Below are positions 39,341-52,000 of a DNA stretch of 64,000 nucleotides, in pieces. Each line of letters starts with the position of its first letter. The stretch's first letter is position 1. The position numbers and the translations under genes are program-made. The notes below the pieces were generated by a model that saw only the letters and a list, made by a program, of their open reading frames with translations, was not told the DNA's origin and did no database searches. The stretch lies in the NCBI RefSeq assembly GCF_009914755.1, contig NC_060945.1, one strand, 5' to 3'. This DNA is from the human T2T-CHM13v2.0 reference genome, Homo sapiens.

Positions 39341-42300
39341 TATTATGTTTGTAATTATAATCATGGTTACAAACAGCACAATCATCATGAGAATGACTGA
39401 TATGCATGTTTCAAAATGTTCTAAATAAGAATTTTAGGTGAGACTACAAATATGTTACTAAGCTGCTATTTACTCAGTATCTTACCATTTGTGCAATAAT
39501 AGATCCTAAAAATTAGAGGGTCAATCCTATATTTCAATACTATTGAAGATTTCTCCCATTAATATTCAAAATTTGATAACATTATGTAGGACAGATGTAA
39601 ACATATTCATGATGAAGTTTTGTCTGAATCGATTTTTACTGATGATTCAACATCAAAATAGTTTTAGGAGCTATTTCACTGCACCAAAGTGATTTTATTG
39701 TTCTATAATCAAAGCTATAATTGTAGACTCACGGAATTCTAAATGGTTCGCAATGTATTTCACGTGAATGAATCGTGAAGGTCTGTTTCTCAAGGCATGG
39801 GGATGTGATTTTTGGGATTGTGTTTGTTTACTGTAGTGACCATGTGTTAACTGTCATTTGGCAGGCACAGACCTAAGTTCCATTTTTATTTTATTTTCAT
39901 GACAAACCTATGAAAACACATTGTTTTACATTAGAAAACTTAGAATGTTGAGGTTATTCTAAGATTTCAATGAGTTCAATGTTGGCATCTAGGGCATGTA
40001 CTCTTGCCACTTATGTTTTATTACCTCTCTGAATAGTTGTGTCTTAATTGATGTACTCTGTTGCCATTTACATTAATCCCATGACTCAATGGTGAGCAGA
40101 ATGAGAAAAGACTAGAAAAATCAACTCATCATTCCTTTTAAGAAATTTGTTAACTGTTTTATTTATTTTTGTTAAGCTCCTGTGGTTGGACAGTACAATT
40201 AGTTACTTAATATTTTATTTTCTCCTCTACAAAATTAATCTTTTTAATAACTACCCTCTTTTGACTAGTTACTTCTATTCCCAAAACAAAATGTATTCAC
40301 TAAGTTCCTATGTTCTTGTCAAAGAAAACGTCAGACGTTTCTGAAGAAGTGATTGGGGAATCAGGGTGGGAGGAAAAACGTATTCCTGACAGTATAAGAA
40401 ATATGTTTGCATTCCAGTAAATTATTTTTAGGTATATTTTGATATCACTTTGTTCTGTAACCTACTTTTATCTTTTTCTAGCCAAGAACACACTGATGCC
40501 AAAATATTATTATAAGTCGAACCATATTCTAATTTAACTTTTTTGAAAAAAAATGATAATATATGCAAAATGAGACTTAGAGTTGTCTTAACATCACTGA
40601 TTTTTGGAATTCTAATAGTCGTGAATAAGAGACATTCATGTCATTTGATAAAATAATTAAAGTATAAATTTAAGGTATAACAATTAAAGTATGAATTTAA
40701 GCCAGTATTATATTCCATAATCCTGAAAATATATTGGTTACCTCATAATGGCATAATGTTTATTTCCAGTAGTGGCTAGCAAAAGGCTATTCACTGACCA
40801 AAACTAAATGTTTAAACAGAAAACATACATTTGCTAAAGACTTTTTAGTACTAATTGTTGTAATAAGTTGCATTATATACTTCCTCCTAATATGTTAACC
40901 ATTATTCATAGAAGGAATTTATAAGAATGGATAATAGTTAAAGGGGCAAATAAATGACACTTTTTTATAGAAGAAACATATACATTTAAATCCACATATT
41001 TATACTATATAGTGTAAATTTTCCCAGTGAAAATTATGTATCTATGGGTGTTTTGTTATGTATGTTTTATTCAATGTAACATTAAAGTTATTGCCCCCCA
41101 AAATCCTTCAAAACGGTTAGAGTTTCAATGGTATGGGAAAAGTAATGAAAACATTATTTTCATTATTGTTACATTGCTGTCATTGTTACTACTAAAAACA
41201 GCATCTATAAAATAAAATATGGTGTTCCTGTAGGCTTGCCATGTTCCAAGCTTTCTCTCTTTTTCTGTACTCAGGTGGGGCCCCAAATTCTCTGGAACCA
41301 TATTATACATTACTGTTTTGCAGAGGTTTGCAAGTTCTTAAGAACTTCAGAGAAAGCCATTTGGGGAAAAAGAGGCATTTCAAATAAGTGGGACTCCAGC
41401 TTTCCTATTCTTATAGTTATGTGCTGAACCGGACTGGAATTGAAGTCTGCTCCAAAATATTGTAAAAGACCATGCTTATTAAAGGGATCTTACTGCCAAA
41501 GAAAAAGTAGTTCAGAAAGCTAAGAAAGCTAAAGTTCAGGTTTTAACATCATAAAAATTAAATGGTATATGTTACTAGGTGGTACAGTTATATTTCTAAA
41601 CTCATTGTCTAATTATTTTCTATCTAAGGATGCCAGATGATAAATATATCTATACTGTTCTATTTTATGAATATAAAATGATTTTATAAAATTAGAAAAA
41701 TCCAAAATTTGACCTGAGAGTTACATTGTTTCTTAATTATAATGTATAACTTTCAATACAAATAATTTTTAATTAAAAACTTCCTACTTATTTTCAGTAG
41801 AAATGAGCAAAATACCAGAGCCATGTGTGGCTAAAGAACTTTCTTTTTATTCTTTTGGTAGTTTATTTTTTCTAGGTATCCTAATGTCAGTTGATTTTTA
41901 GGTTAGATAGTACTATGTGTCAAACACATTTCTTCTTTATTTTCAACATGTATTTACACTATATTTTCTAGCCTTCTATGCAGTTAAATGTGGCTGGCTT
42001 TATGTTTGAGTTCTAGTTCAGTGAATAAAGAGAACACTTTTTCGAGGCTTCTATCTTTGAAATATTTCTCATCTGATTGCTAATATCTTTATTTTACCAT
42101 GTTAATGCATTAACAAATGATGTATTTGAAAGATGAATGGTAAAGATGAAGACCCAAAATGGCCCCAAATCATCACTTGCAGAAGACTTGTAGAAATCAG
42201 CCTAAAACCACTGAGTGGCAGCTAGTGTATGTTAATCCTTAACTAAGTTAGAAACATGTTCCTTGAAGTAAGATCCTGCCATTAAAAGTGGGCAGGTGCA

Positions 42301-42384
42301 TACCTAAATGATAAGAACATAAATAACCCATCCAACTAGTAAGTGAGTGCAAATTGATATTAGATGCTAAAAATGGGAAAAACC

Positions 42385-42792
<408 letters not shown>

Positions 42793-42984
42793 TTATTTAT
42801 TTATTTTTATTAGAAAGCTATAGCAAGAAAAAGAGAATCCCAGATCTACGGAGATTTACCTGATCTTCTGGTTTCAGTAAAACACAGAAAATCTTCTCTT
42901 CAAAAAAAAGGAACATGGGAAAACAAAAGTAATAAAATGGAGGAGGATTTCCATTTTCACCAATGGCAAAATTCAGATTCACTC

Positions 42985-43481
42985 ATTTTATTATTTCTGG
43001 AATTAGAATGCACCTATTAATTTCTACTGGCCATATGGCAACAGTGAAATGGCTATTGCTACCCATTTATACACATATAAACTTGCAGATTCGGTTCTGT
43101 GGCCTGAATTTGCAGAAGACATGATTTGAACATTCTTAAAACATGCTATGTCACCGACACTTTTGATGACGCAGATCCCAATATTGCATGAAAGAACATG
43201 GAGATAAAAAATTGACTTGAAATTCAGAAGAGTCAGTTTCTAATTTTGAATTAGTCTCAGGAATAATTTAACCAATTTACTTTACTCATATATTCTTTTT
43301 ATTATGCACAAGTATTATGTTTTATGTAAATTTGTATCTAAATAAGTCAAACATAATTCTTTCAAGAAACATAAAATAAAATAAGTTATAAGAAAGCATA
43401 AGTCATGCATTTTTTCCTTAGTAGTACATAAAATAATAGTGTCTTAAAGCAGATGATATTTTTTATTCTAAGGATGCAATA
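42985..43481 (+). mobile_element. Tigger13a-like TcMar DNA transposon remnant
   Basis: ttcagaagagtcag...aaccaattta...tatgcacaag...tctaaataagtc...ttagtagtacataaaataatagtgtctta. Confidence 0.6.
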
Positions 43482-44174
43482 AATGCTAGGAAGAACTTTA
43501 GGTATAGTTATTGGCACATTAAATTAAATAAAATAATACAGATCAGAAGAAGGGCAAATTTATAGGGAATAACATTCCCATCAAAACAATGTACCCAAGA
43601 TAATAAACATTTCACTCTTTAAGGCTTAAAATATCTCTTTTTACTTCTAAATTTGCCACAAAACATAAAAGAGGATGTGAATGTTGTACTATCCAAATGG
43701 GGCATCGCTGCAACTCTAAACACATGTATAAATATGAAATTACTAGCCAAAGAGGAAACTGTCCAGGGGTGTCTGAAAACAAGGGACCACGTAGTATTTC
43801 CCAGAGAGTAATAATAGGGTTAATTACAGGACTTTGTCCACTTGCAGGGCTGAGAAAACTTTCCATGTTGACTTGTCAGGATATTATGATTTCTCTGAAT
43901 CACTGATTACTATATGCCTTCTTCTCTTCCCATTCTTTGGGGATAGGTATCCTGTCCTCAAATTAGTTTTGTATATTTATTGAGAGAAGATAAAACTTGA
44001 CAGACTTCAAAGGACAATGGTTCATGAATATTACATCTTAATGGAGAGAACTGAGGATTACCTAGGATAATAGACTCTGCTTGGTAAGATGTTGGGTCCT
44101 CTGTGTTAGTGATAATTGCTGAATGGCTCTACGTATGAGAAGAAGGTTGGCATAAATAATTAGAAAAGAGGGAG

Positions 44175-44590
44175 TGTGGCAGAGGTTTCTTTGAGTTCAC
44201 AAAACATTTTTTTCTTGGACACAGATCTGGACTACATCTTTAAGTTCTTTTGTAGTTGGCCATGTGACAGTTTTTGCCAGTGGGGTATGTGCAGAGGGTG
44301 TATGTCATCTTCAGGCCTAGACCATTACCATTTCTGTAAATTGTTCTCCATGTTTTCTCCTTTCTATACAATTAATGCAGGAAAACATGCCGAGTTTGGA
44401 GGGTATCTATAGAAATTTGCAAAATCCTAAGTTCAAAGGTGCCTAGGTCATTACATCATAGCTTACAGGAAAGTTACACGTTGATCAGAAACACTCATTT
44501 TAAATAAATTAAAAGAACAGATCCTACTATGTGAAGCCAGTGAGGTTGAATTTTTTTCTCTTATAACAATGTTTTATCTTAAGAGATTCA
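44175..44590 (+). mobile_element. Old MLT1 (H/I-like) LTR
   Basis: tgtggcagag...gactacatcttt...ggccatgtgacagttttt...gtgaagccagtgag. Confidence 0.55.
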
Positions 44591-44679
44591 GTCTTCATTA
44601 TAATAATCCAGAATATCTATTCCTTGAAGCAGACACGAAATCTCTGATGGCAAACAAACTTATGTCCCCTTTGTCTATT

Positions 44680-45028
44680 ATCAGAAAACAATCCAATTAG
44701 AAATCAGACAAAGGATTTAAACAAACACTTCATCAAAATAGATGTAGGGATAGTTCTATGATTCAAATAATGGTGTTCCCCCCAAAATTCCTGTTGAAGT
44801 TTTAACTCTGATATAACATTATTAAAAATGTGGCCTTTGGGAAGTCATTAAGGCATAAGGATTCTGCCCTCATGAATGAAATTAGTACCCATATAAAAGG
44901 TAGCAATTGTTGTTGAGGATGTGGAAAAACTGCATGCTTCATACATGGCTGGCCAGATTGTAAAATGGTTCAATCACTCTGGAAATTAGTCTTAAACTTT
45001 CTTAAACTGTTACACTTACTCAGCAATT
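44680..45028 (+). mobile_element. L1M ORF2 fragments with an embedded MST/MLT1A LTR fragment (~44753-44900)
   Basis: caaaggatttaaacaaacacttc; ccccaaaattcctgttgaag...gccctcatgaatgaaattag; gttgttgaggatgtggaaaaactg. Confidence 0.65.
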
Positions 45029-46232
45029 GAAACTGCCTTTGCAAATTCATTACAGTACAAAATCTGACATAGTTGTGAAGCCTGAACATCTGAGACAGTT
45101 CTCAGTTAATTTAGAAAGTTTATTTTGCCAAGGTTGAGGACGTACACCTGAGACACAGCCTCAGGAGCTCCTGACGACATGTGACCAAGGTGGTCAGAGG
45201 ATGGCTTGGTTTCACACATTTTAGGGAGACGGGAGACGTCAATCAACATATGTTAGATGAACATTGGTTAGGTCCGGAAAGGTGGGACAACTTGAAGCAA
45301 AGGCGGAACAACGCAAATCGGGGAGGAGACTCCCAAGTCATTGGTATATAAGAGACAAATGATTGCGTTCTTTTGAGTTTCAGATTAGCCTCTCCAAATC
45401 AGATATGCATTCATCTCAGTGAGCAGAGGGGTGACTTTGAATAGAATGGGAGGCAGATTTGCCTTAAACAGTTCCCAGCTTGACTTTTCCCTTTAGCTTA
45501 GTGATTTTAGGGCCCTGAGATTTATTTTCCTTTCGCATAGTTAACTCCATCTTGCTTCCAACCTCCAAGCTGTTGTTGGCCACTCTTGAGCATAGGCAAA
45601 TTTATCTTTGGGAGGAATTTACTTTATAGTTTAATTTGAAAGCAAGGATGATAATAATCCATCTCTATAGCTGATCCTCTCCTTGTTTGGGGACTGAAAC
45701 GGCCTTTGTAAGATTAATGAAAGGCCACAAGAATGGGATTATGGGAGTGGTTTGAACTCTACCAAGACATAGTTTCTGCACACTTTTTCTGCTCAGGAGT
45801 TACGTGGCCAGAGGTCAAAGATGGGCATAGATTTTGTAATTTATTACCTTTCATGGGGTATGTGGCCAGAGGTCAAAGATGTGTGCCTTTCCCATTTGTT
45901 CCTATAGATAACATCACTATTGAGGAACCTAACATGAGTTTATTTGAGATGATTTTCAGGCTAACCTCAGCATGACTTGTGACTCATGACTCAACTGATC
46001 CTGTGGTCCCAACCAGAAGTGGACCCAGGACACAAGGACCATTTTCCATACCCCTGTGATTTCATCCCCAATCAATCAGCAGTACACATTCCCTAGCCCC
46101 ATGCCCACCAAACTGTCCATAAAACCCTAACTTCCAAGCAGTCTGAGAAAATAATTTGAGTGATAACTCCAGTTCTTGGACATATACCAGGACTTAAGTG
46201 AATTAAACTCTTTCTCTACTGCAATGCCATGG
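45029..46232 (+). mobile_element. MER4D/E-like ERV1 LTR, interrupted by MER4A
   Basis: tgaaactgcctttgcaaa...aatctgacatag|ttaactccatcttgcttc...cctatagataacatcactatt...gaattaaactctttctctactgcaat. Confidence 0.8.
45074..45537 (-). mobile_element. MER4A/MER4A1 solo LTR
   Basis: ctgagacagttctcagttaatttagaaagtttattttgccaaggttgaggac...gatttattttcctttcgca; perfect 4-bp TSD tagt. Confidence 0.88.
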
Positions 46233-47651
46233 TGAGGTAATATGGGAAAGAAAGAAAAAGTACAATCATTATATCATCATACTCTTCCTTTGGCAGGAAT
46301 TGCATAGTTATACCAGCATTCTTCTCACCTCTTCCCTACTCCCTCTTCCCCTTATCAACTCATGTTGAGTCTGAATACGTACTTGTGAAGGCGTGTAAAC
46401 CGGCCCTTTATGCTTTTACAGCCCCTTGTTTCAGACAACCAATGTTCTAATTGCCCATTTTACCTGTCTATCAAATCATTACTCTGAGAAAAATATCACT
46501 TTGTCTATTACTGTACATTATTGGCTGAACCATATGTTGCTTGGTCTGAAGAAATGATCATTGGCCTCTGGCTATCCAAATTCATGTAACGTTTAGTGTT
46601 CTCTCTCTTTTTTTTTTTTTAATGGCACTCTGAGCATTTTCATCAACCAGTAGGTAAGCAAAGTCCAGTGCAGAATCAATGTCTGTTCCTGTCAAGACCC
46701 ATAGGTAACCTCCCAGGGACACCAGCATTAGTCTTACTTGCCAGCTAAGTTACTTGCCAGTATTAGTCTTACTTGCCAGCTATGTTCAGGATATCCCTGC
46801 TAGGAAATCTATTCCACAGTTATGTGCAGTCTCTGACTCTCTTGCTGATGAACAGAACAGTTCTTACTGGCATTTGGAGCCTTAGAGGGTACAAGAAGAA
46901 CACATCCAGATTCAGCCCATCTCTGCATTGCTGTAGTACCCCCATATGCACTTATTTCATGGATCTAGGTAGTCACTTCAAAGAAGCACATGAGGATATC
47001 TGCTTATCAATTTGAATTACCTTCCAAACCTGGAAGGAGGCTGCTCTGATGGCATGGAAATGTCCTACTCTAATCTGCCACTCCAAGTTCCATGAAGCCA
47101 TGCCCCATACATTTAATAGGCCGGGTTTCCATTGTCCTCCCCTCTGACTGTGTTGATAAGCCATTGACCACCACTCATGAGTCAGTAAAAACCCAAACAC
47201 AGGGGCATTTGTCACTGTTCAATTCTTTAGCATGCTATTCAGCCCACCAAGCTGACTTGTTTTTACTTTTTTATTTTTTTCATCAATGTGTCATCCTTTG
47301 AAACAGAATGTTGTTTATTTACTTTGGAACTGTCTTCTACACACTAAGCAGTTCTTTGCCAGTCAGGTGAGAGGTATTTATAGGACACTGTGCAAGTGAT
47401 GATAGAATCCAGCAACTCCTCATGAAGCTCTAAAATGTGCTCTGGAGAAAAAGAAGCTTTCTGTTACTTAACATCTCTCCTTTGCATTCCCCAGGTAGCA
47501 TGCTCCTGTGTAAACCATTTTTTATTTTACTCTAAAACTCCTTGGGCATTTCTATCCTCATTAGAGCATTTCTCTGACGTTACCCAAGACATCATAAAAA
47601 TTTCCAGTTTCATTATTTAATATGTTTCAGTCCTAGGGGTAGCTTCAGCGA

Positions 47652-48177
47652 TGTTAAGAAAAGACCATGAGATCTGCAAGAAAAAGAGAGAGCTTTACTT
47701 GCTTTAAAAAATTACCTGTAGATTGGGGAAATGCAGCCTGTGGTATAAAAGAAAAATATGCTCCTAAGAACAAATAGAGAGTTTGGCTTAAAATGAAGAA
47801 GTTTCTGTTTAGGTTCTCAGTCAGTTTTATTATGGAAATGAAGTATTCAACTTGGTCTGTTCTAAGTTGTTGAAACAGTCCAACTCTGATTGGGTGGTTT
47901 CCAAGTCCAAAACCAGAAGCCTTTGTCAGATGTTTTCTTTTAAATGGTTGTTGGGGAGCTTCGTAGCAATTTATTTTGGCTCTGGTTGCAGGAACTGTTT
48001 CAGCTCAGAGGTGTAAAACAGAATGTTTGTCTGAGAACCTACAGCGCCTGGCCACTCTTTCTGACTGTGCTATGGCGTCTGGTTCTACTTCTAAATTTAG
48101 AGCATCTCTATTAGCCACAGGGAGTCCATCTCATCCGGAGAGTCTGGGGTCTTAATCTAGAGTTTTATTTTATAATA
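47652..48177 (-). mobile_element. ERV1-type solo LTR nested in ERVL pol, family uncertain
   Basis: tgttaag...taata ends; 4-bp TSD gcga/gcaa; interrupts pol-like sequence. Confidence 0.65.
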
Positions 48178-48560
48178 GCAAGGTAGTAAATTTACCTCAA
48201 GTGGAAATTCTCTAGTTCAAAATCCCGGTAGTCATCACTAGGAGGAACTCACAGGCTTTTGACATAAGATGCAGTTTACATTTCACATAGGGCTATCAAA
48301 CAGAAAATTTGTTTATGCCAGCACTCCAGTTTCTATTTTACGCTCTCTGAGCTTGGGCAATCTTACTGGTTCCCATTTAGCACATTCAATTAATACAGCT
48401 TGAATGGTGGATTTACATGCCTTTTATTTTATGGTACTAGCTAGGTAGGGAAAATATTCCCCAGTCACACATAATATTCATTCCCATAAAGCATTTAGGT
48501 AAGTGAGATACAACTTCTCTATTTAAAGCCTGTTTAACATTCTAACTTTCATAATCCTAT

Positions 48561-49489
48561 TGATAGGGACGGGGGCAGGGAAATTCTAGGCAAAAAACGG
48601 CAGGAACCCAACAAAAACCCACCCCGAAGCCGAAAAGTCTGAAACTGGCCCAAAGTGGGAATTTATATCCCTGTTCTCCTGCTGGAATGTTGTCTTTTCC
48701 TAAACCACCCATGGTCCCGCCCTACACCATCCTGTACCTATACAAACCCCAGACTCAGCCAGTAGACAGGACTATGGTTGGACATTGGAGAGAAGCAGCT
48801 TGATGGCTTAACACCGAAGAAGAATCCAGCCAGAGACAGCCAGACTTCCGGGGAGGGTTACCTACCGACCCTGTCTCCTTCTCAGCTCCCCTTCCTGCCG
48901 AGAGCCACTTTCATTCACAATAAAATCCCCCACATCCACCACCCTTCAATTTATTCGTGCAACCTCATTTTTCCTGGCTGTTGGACAAGAGCGCGGGAGC
49001 CACAGGTGGAGATACAAAAAGCTGTCACATTGGCCCTTTGCCCTTGCTGGCGGAGGGCAGCCGCCTCACACAGAGGCAGAGGGCCCACTGAACTGTTAAC
49101 ACTTAAGCCATCTGCAGATGGCAGAGCAAAAACAGCACTGTAACATGCCCTCTGGGGCTTCGGGAGTTGCAGGCACCCACACCTGGATGCTACAGTGGAG
49201 CCTGAATGTCGTTTGCTTCTGCCAGTGCCCCAAAGCAACAGCTCCAATTCCTGCACCCACTCGCCTGCGCGCTCCCTCAGTGGAGGGGTGGAATGCAGCA
49301 GGTCCAAGTTAATGGAGTTTGATGCCGCTGGTGCTGAGGCAGCTGGCTGCTTCCACTGCTGGTTTACTCCGGTTCCCGCACTTGTTTGCTAGCAAGCTTC
49401 CTCCGGGGAGCTGTTGAGGGCAGAGTGTGAGTAGAGGAGGCACCCCTGTTGAGAGTCCTGCCTAGGAGTCAGGGAAACATACTGCTTTA
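48561..49489 (+). mobile_element. LTR28/LTR1-family ERV1 solo LTR
   Basis: tgatagggacgggggcagggaaattctagg...aataaaatccccc...cagggaaacatactgcttta; GC-rich; 4-bp TSD ctat/ctat. Confidence 0.85.
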
Positions 49490-49593
49490 CTATAAACCCG
49501 GGAGCTGTTGAGGGCAGAGTGTGAGTAGAGGAGGCACCCCTGTTGAGAGTCCTGCCTAGGAGTCAGGGAAACATACTGCTTTACTATAAACCC
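49406..49593. repeat. Perfect 94-bp tandem duplication
   Basis: 49406-49499 is identical to 49500-49593 (gggagctgttgagggc...tactataaaccc). Confidence 0.97.
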
Positions 49594-49980
49594 TTACGTT
49601 TTTTTGTATTCTAGTCCCAGGAACTTCTTCATCCTCAGGCCATTTTACCCATTCTTGTGAAAAAGGCTTTGGTTGAGATAAAGGACACTGGCCTGTTTAT
49701 CAATCTTTATCTTGATTAATTTGCCTGACTATTGCCCCAGGCAATTTCAGATCGGATTTCTCATCATAATCTCTGCCTTCTGACTCTTTAAATTTCTCCA
49801 AACTGGGGTAAACATAGCAAAACTTTTTGGAACCCCTTAATGTTGGGGAACCAGCAGGGACTCCCTTTGGTCCACCAAACCTTTGATAGTATTGTGTTAA
49901 GACTTTTGTTTTAACACCATAAACACAATTTTATTTCACTTATCTCATTTTAAAATAAGAATCTAAAGATTTCCAGTCCT

Positions 49981-50358
<378 letters not shown>

Positions 50359-50462
50359 TTATTCAGATTTGTATGTGGAATTTAAATGTGTTATGTATTT
50401 TTTGTACAAATGCATGCTAGCATCCATAGAACAAATGTCTTTTTTTTTGATATCTGATCAAC

Positions 50463-50770
50463 TTTTTTTATTTATTTATTTTAATTATACTTTAAGTTCT
50501 GGAGTACATGTGCAGAACGTGCAGGTTTGTTACATAGGTATACACGTGCCATGGTGGTTTGCTGCACCCACCAACCCGTCATCTACATTAGGTATTTCTC
50601 CTAATGCGATGTTCCCCTCCCTATGTCCATGTGTTCTCATTGTTCAACTCCCACTTATGAGTGAGAACATGCGGTGATTGGTTTTCTGTTCCTGTGTTAG
50701 TTTGCTGAGAATGATGGTTTCCACCTTCATCCACGTCCCTGCAAAGGACATGAACTCATGTTTTTTTTTT
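50463..50770 (-). mobile_element. L1PA7/8-like 3' end, severely 5'-truncated
   Basis: ttatactttaagttctgg...gtgcagaacgtgcaggtttgttacataggtatacacgtgccatggtgg...cctgcaaaggacatgaactc. Confidence 0.92.
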
Positions 50771-51489
50771 ACTTTTATTAATTTCTTCTTTATACGCCTT
50801 ATGTCTTCATAATTGTTTAATAATTTCCACCTTCTAGAATAAATCCTTTGACTTTCCCTTTGGCCTTTCTCCACTCTCTTGTTAATCACTCTAATGTTTT
50901 CAGCAGCATCTGTAAGATCCATGAGGGAAATCTGAAACAACAAATCTGACAAGGCTTCCTAAACTATCCTTCTGTTTTGCAACAGCAAGATTAAATGAGG
51001 CATCCATGTTAAAGGGGCAACCTTAATCACAGCATTTGCCATAAAAGGCGTATTCAGCAGGTGAATATTTTGGTCACCATAAATTCAGTCCCACATAGCT
51101 TGCATGTGAAACGTATCAGCTAATTCATCTAAGGCGTTCCACTTGGCATTTACACAGGGAGTCAAAAAATCTCCCTTCTCCTGGTAAACAGATGTTCTAG
51201 TGGCTTTTTTTTTTTCAGTCCACTAGGCTGGTAACTCCCTCAAGAATAACCTCTATGTGTCTGGATTGTGTGTAACTATATTTGATTGTTCCATGGTGAG
51301 CAGTGGGGTTTGCATCAACCCAAACATGCTCTTTCAACTCTGCAGCCTATAAAACCAAAAGCACTGCTCCTAAATTAGATTGTCTCACAATCAATTTTAG
51401 TAAATGTTCCTGAGGAAGCTGATGAAATATATCTACAAAATAAAACAATTTCTTCATGCTATACCCTCTGGTTTCAATATACTACTCCC

Positions 51490-52000
51490 CTAAAAAAAAC
51501 AGGGTTCCTTCACTTAGTGAGTAACAGATGACTCTCCATGAGAAGACAGGTTTTGATCAATAGGGATTTTATTACTTGGAACAGGTAAGGAGGACACTGA
51601 AAGTATTATTCAATTCAAGGCGCTGTGTCTCTGAGAGAAAGTGACAGAAGGGTTTTATGGGGTGATGGAGAGGAGGGAGGGTGAATCATTGCATGTAGAG
51701 AAGAGGTCCCAGTGTCGAAGATGTGGTGAGTCGTTATGCCAGCACGTAGGTCAGATGTTATAATAATGAAGCCCCCGTCCCTCCCAGGGTGGAGATTTTA
51801 GCATGGTAATGAGGAAAGTTTATGTGGGTTAATCTATAAATTGCTGGAATCCGTCAGGAGCCGGTTTGAACCAACTAGGTGACCACATTCCACACAGGGT
51901 TTTGAAAAAGCAAGACTGCAAAGCAGGAGGCTGTAGAACAGGCTGATTGCTCAAGGTTATTAAATTCCTGTACCCTGGAGACCCTCCCTGTCTGCTTAAA
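51490..52000 (-). mobile_element. ERV1-type solo LTR nested in ERVL gag, family uncertain
   Basis: Antisense polyA-signal-like tttatta and TATA-like ttttat; ends ccctccctgtctgcttaaa; interrupts gag-like sequence. Confidence 0.6.

Noticed and set aside
45804-45881. gtggccagaggtcaaagatg repeated twice
   Set aside because: Internal repeat that I recall as native to MER4-group LTRs
48778-49392. Cluster of overlapping 60-120 aa ORFs
   Set aside because: Inside a GC-rich LTR where stop codons are scarce; no protein similarity recognised
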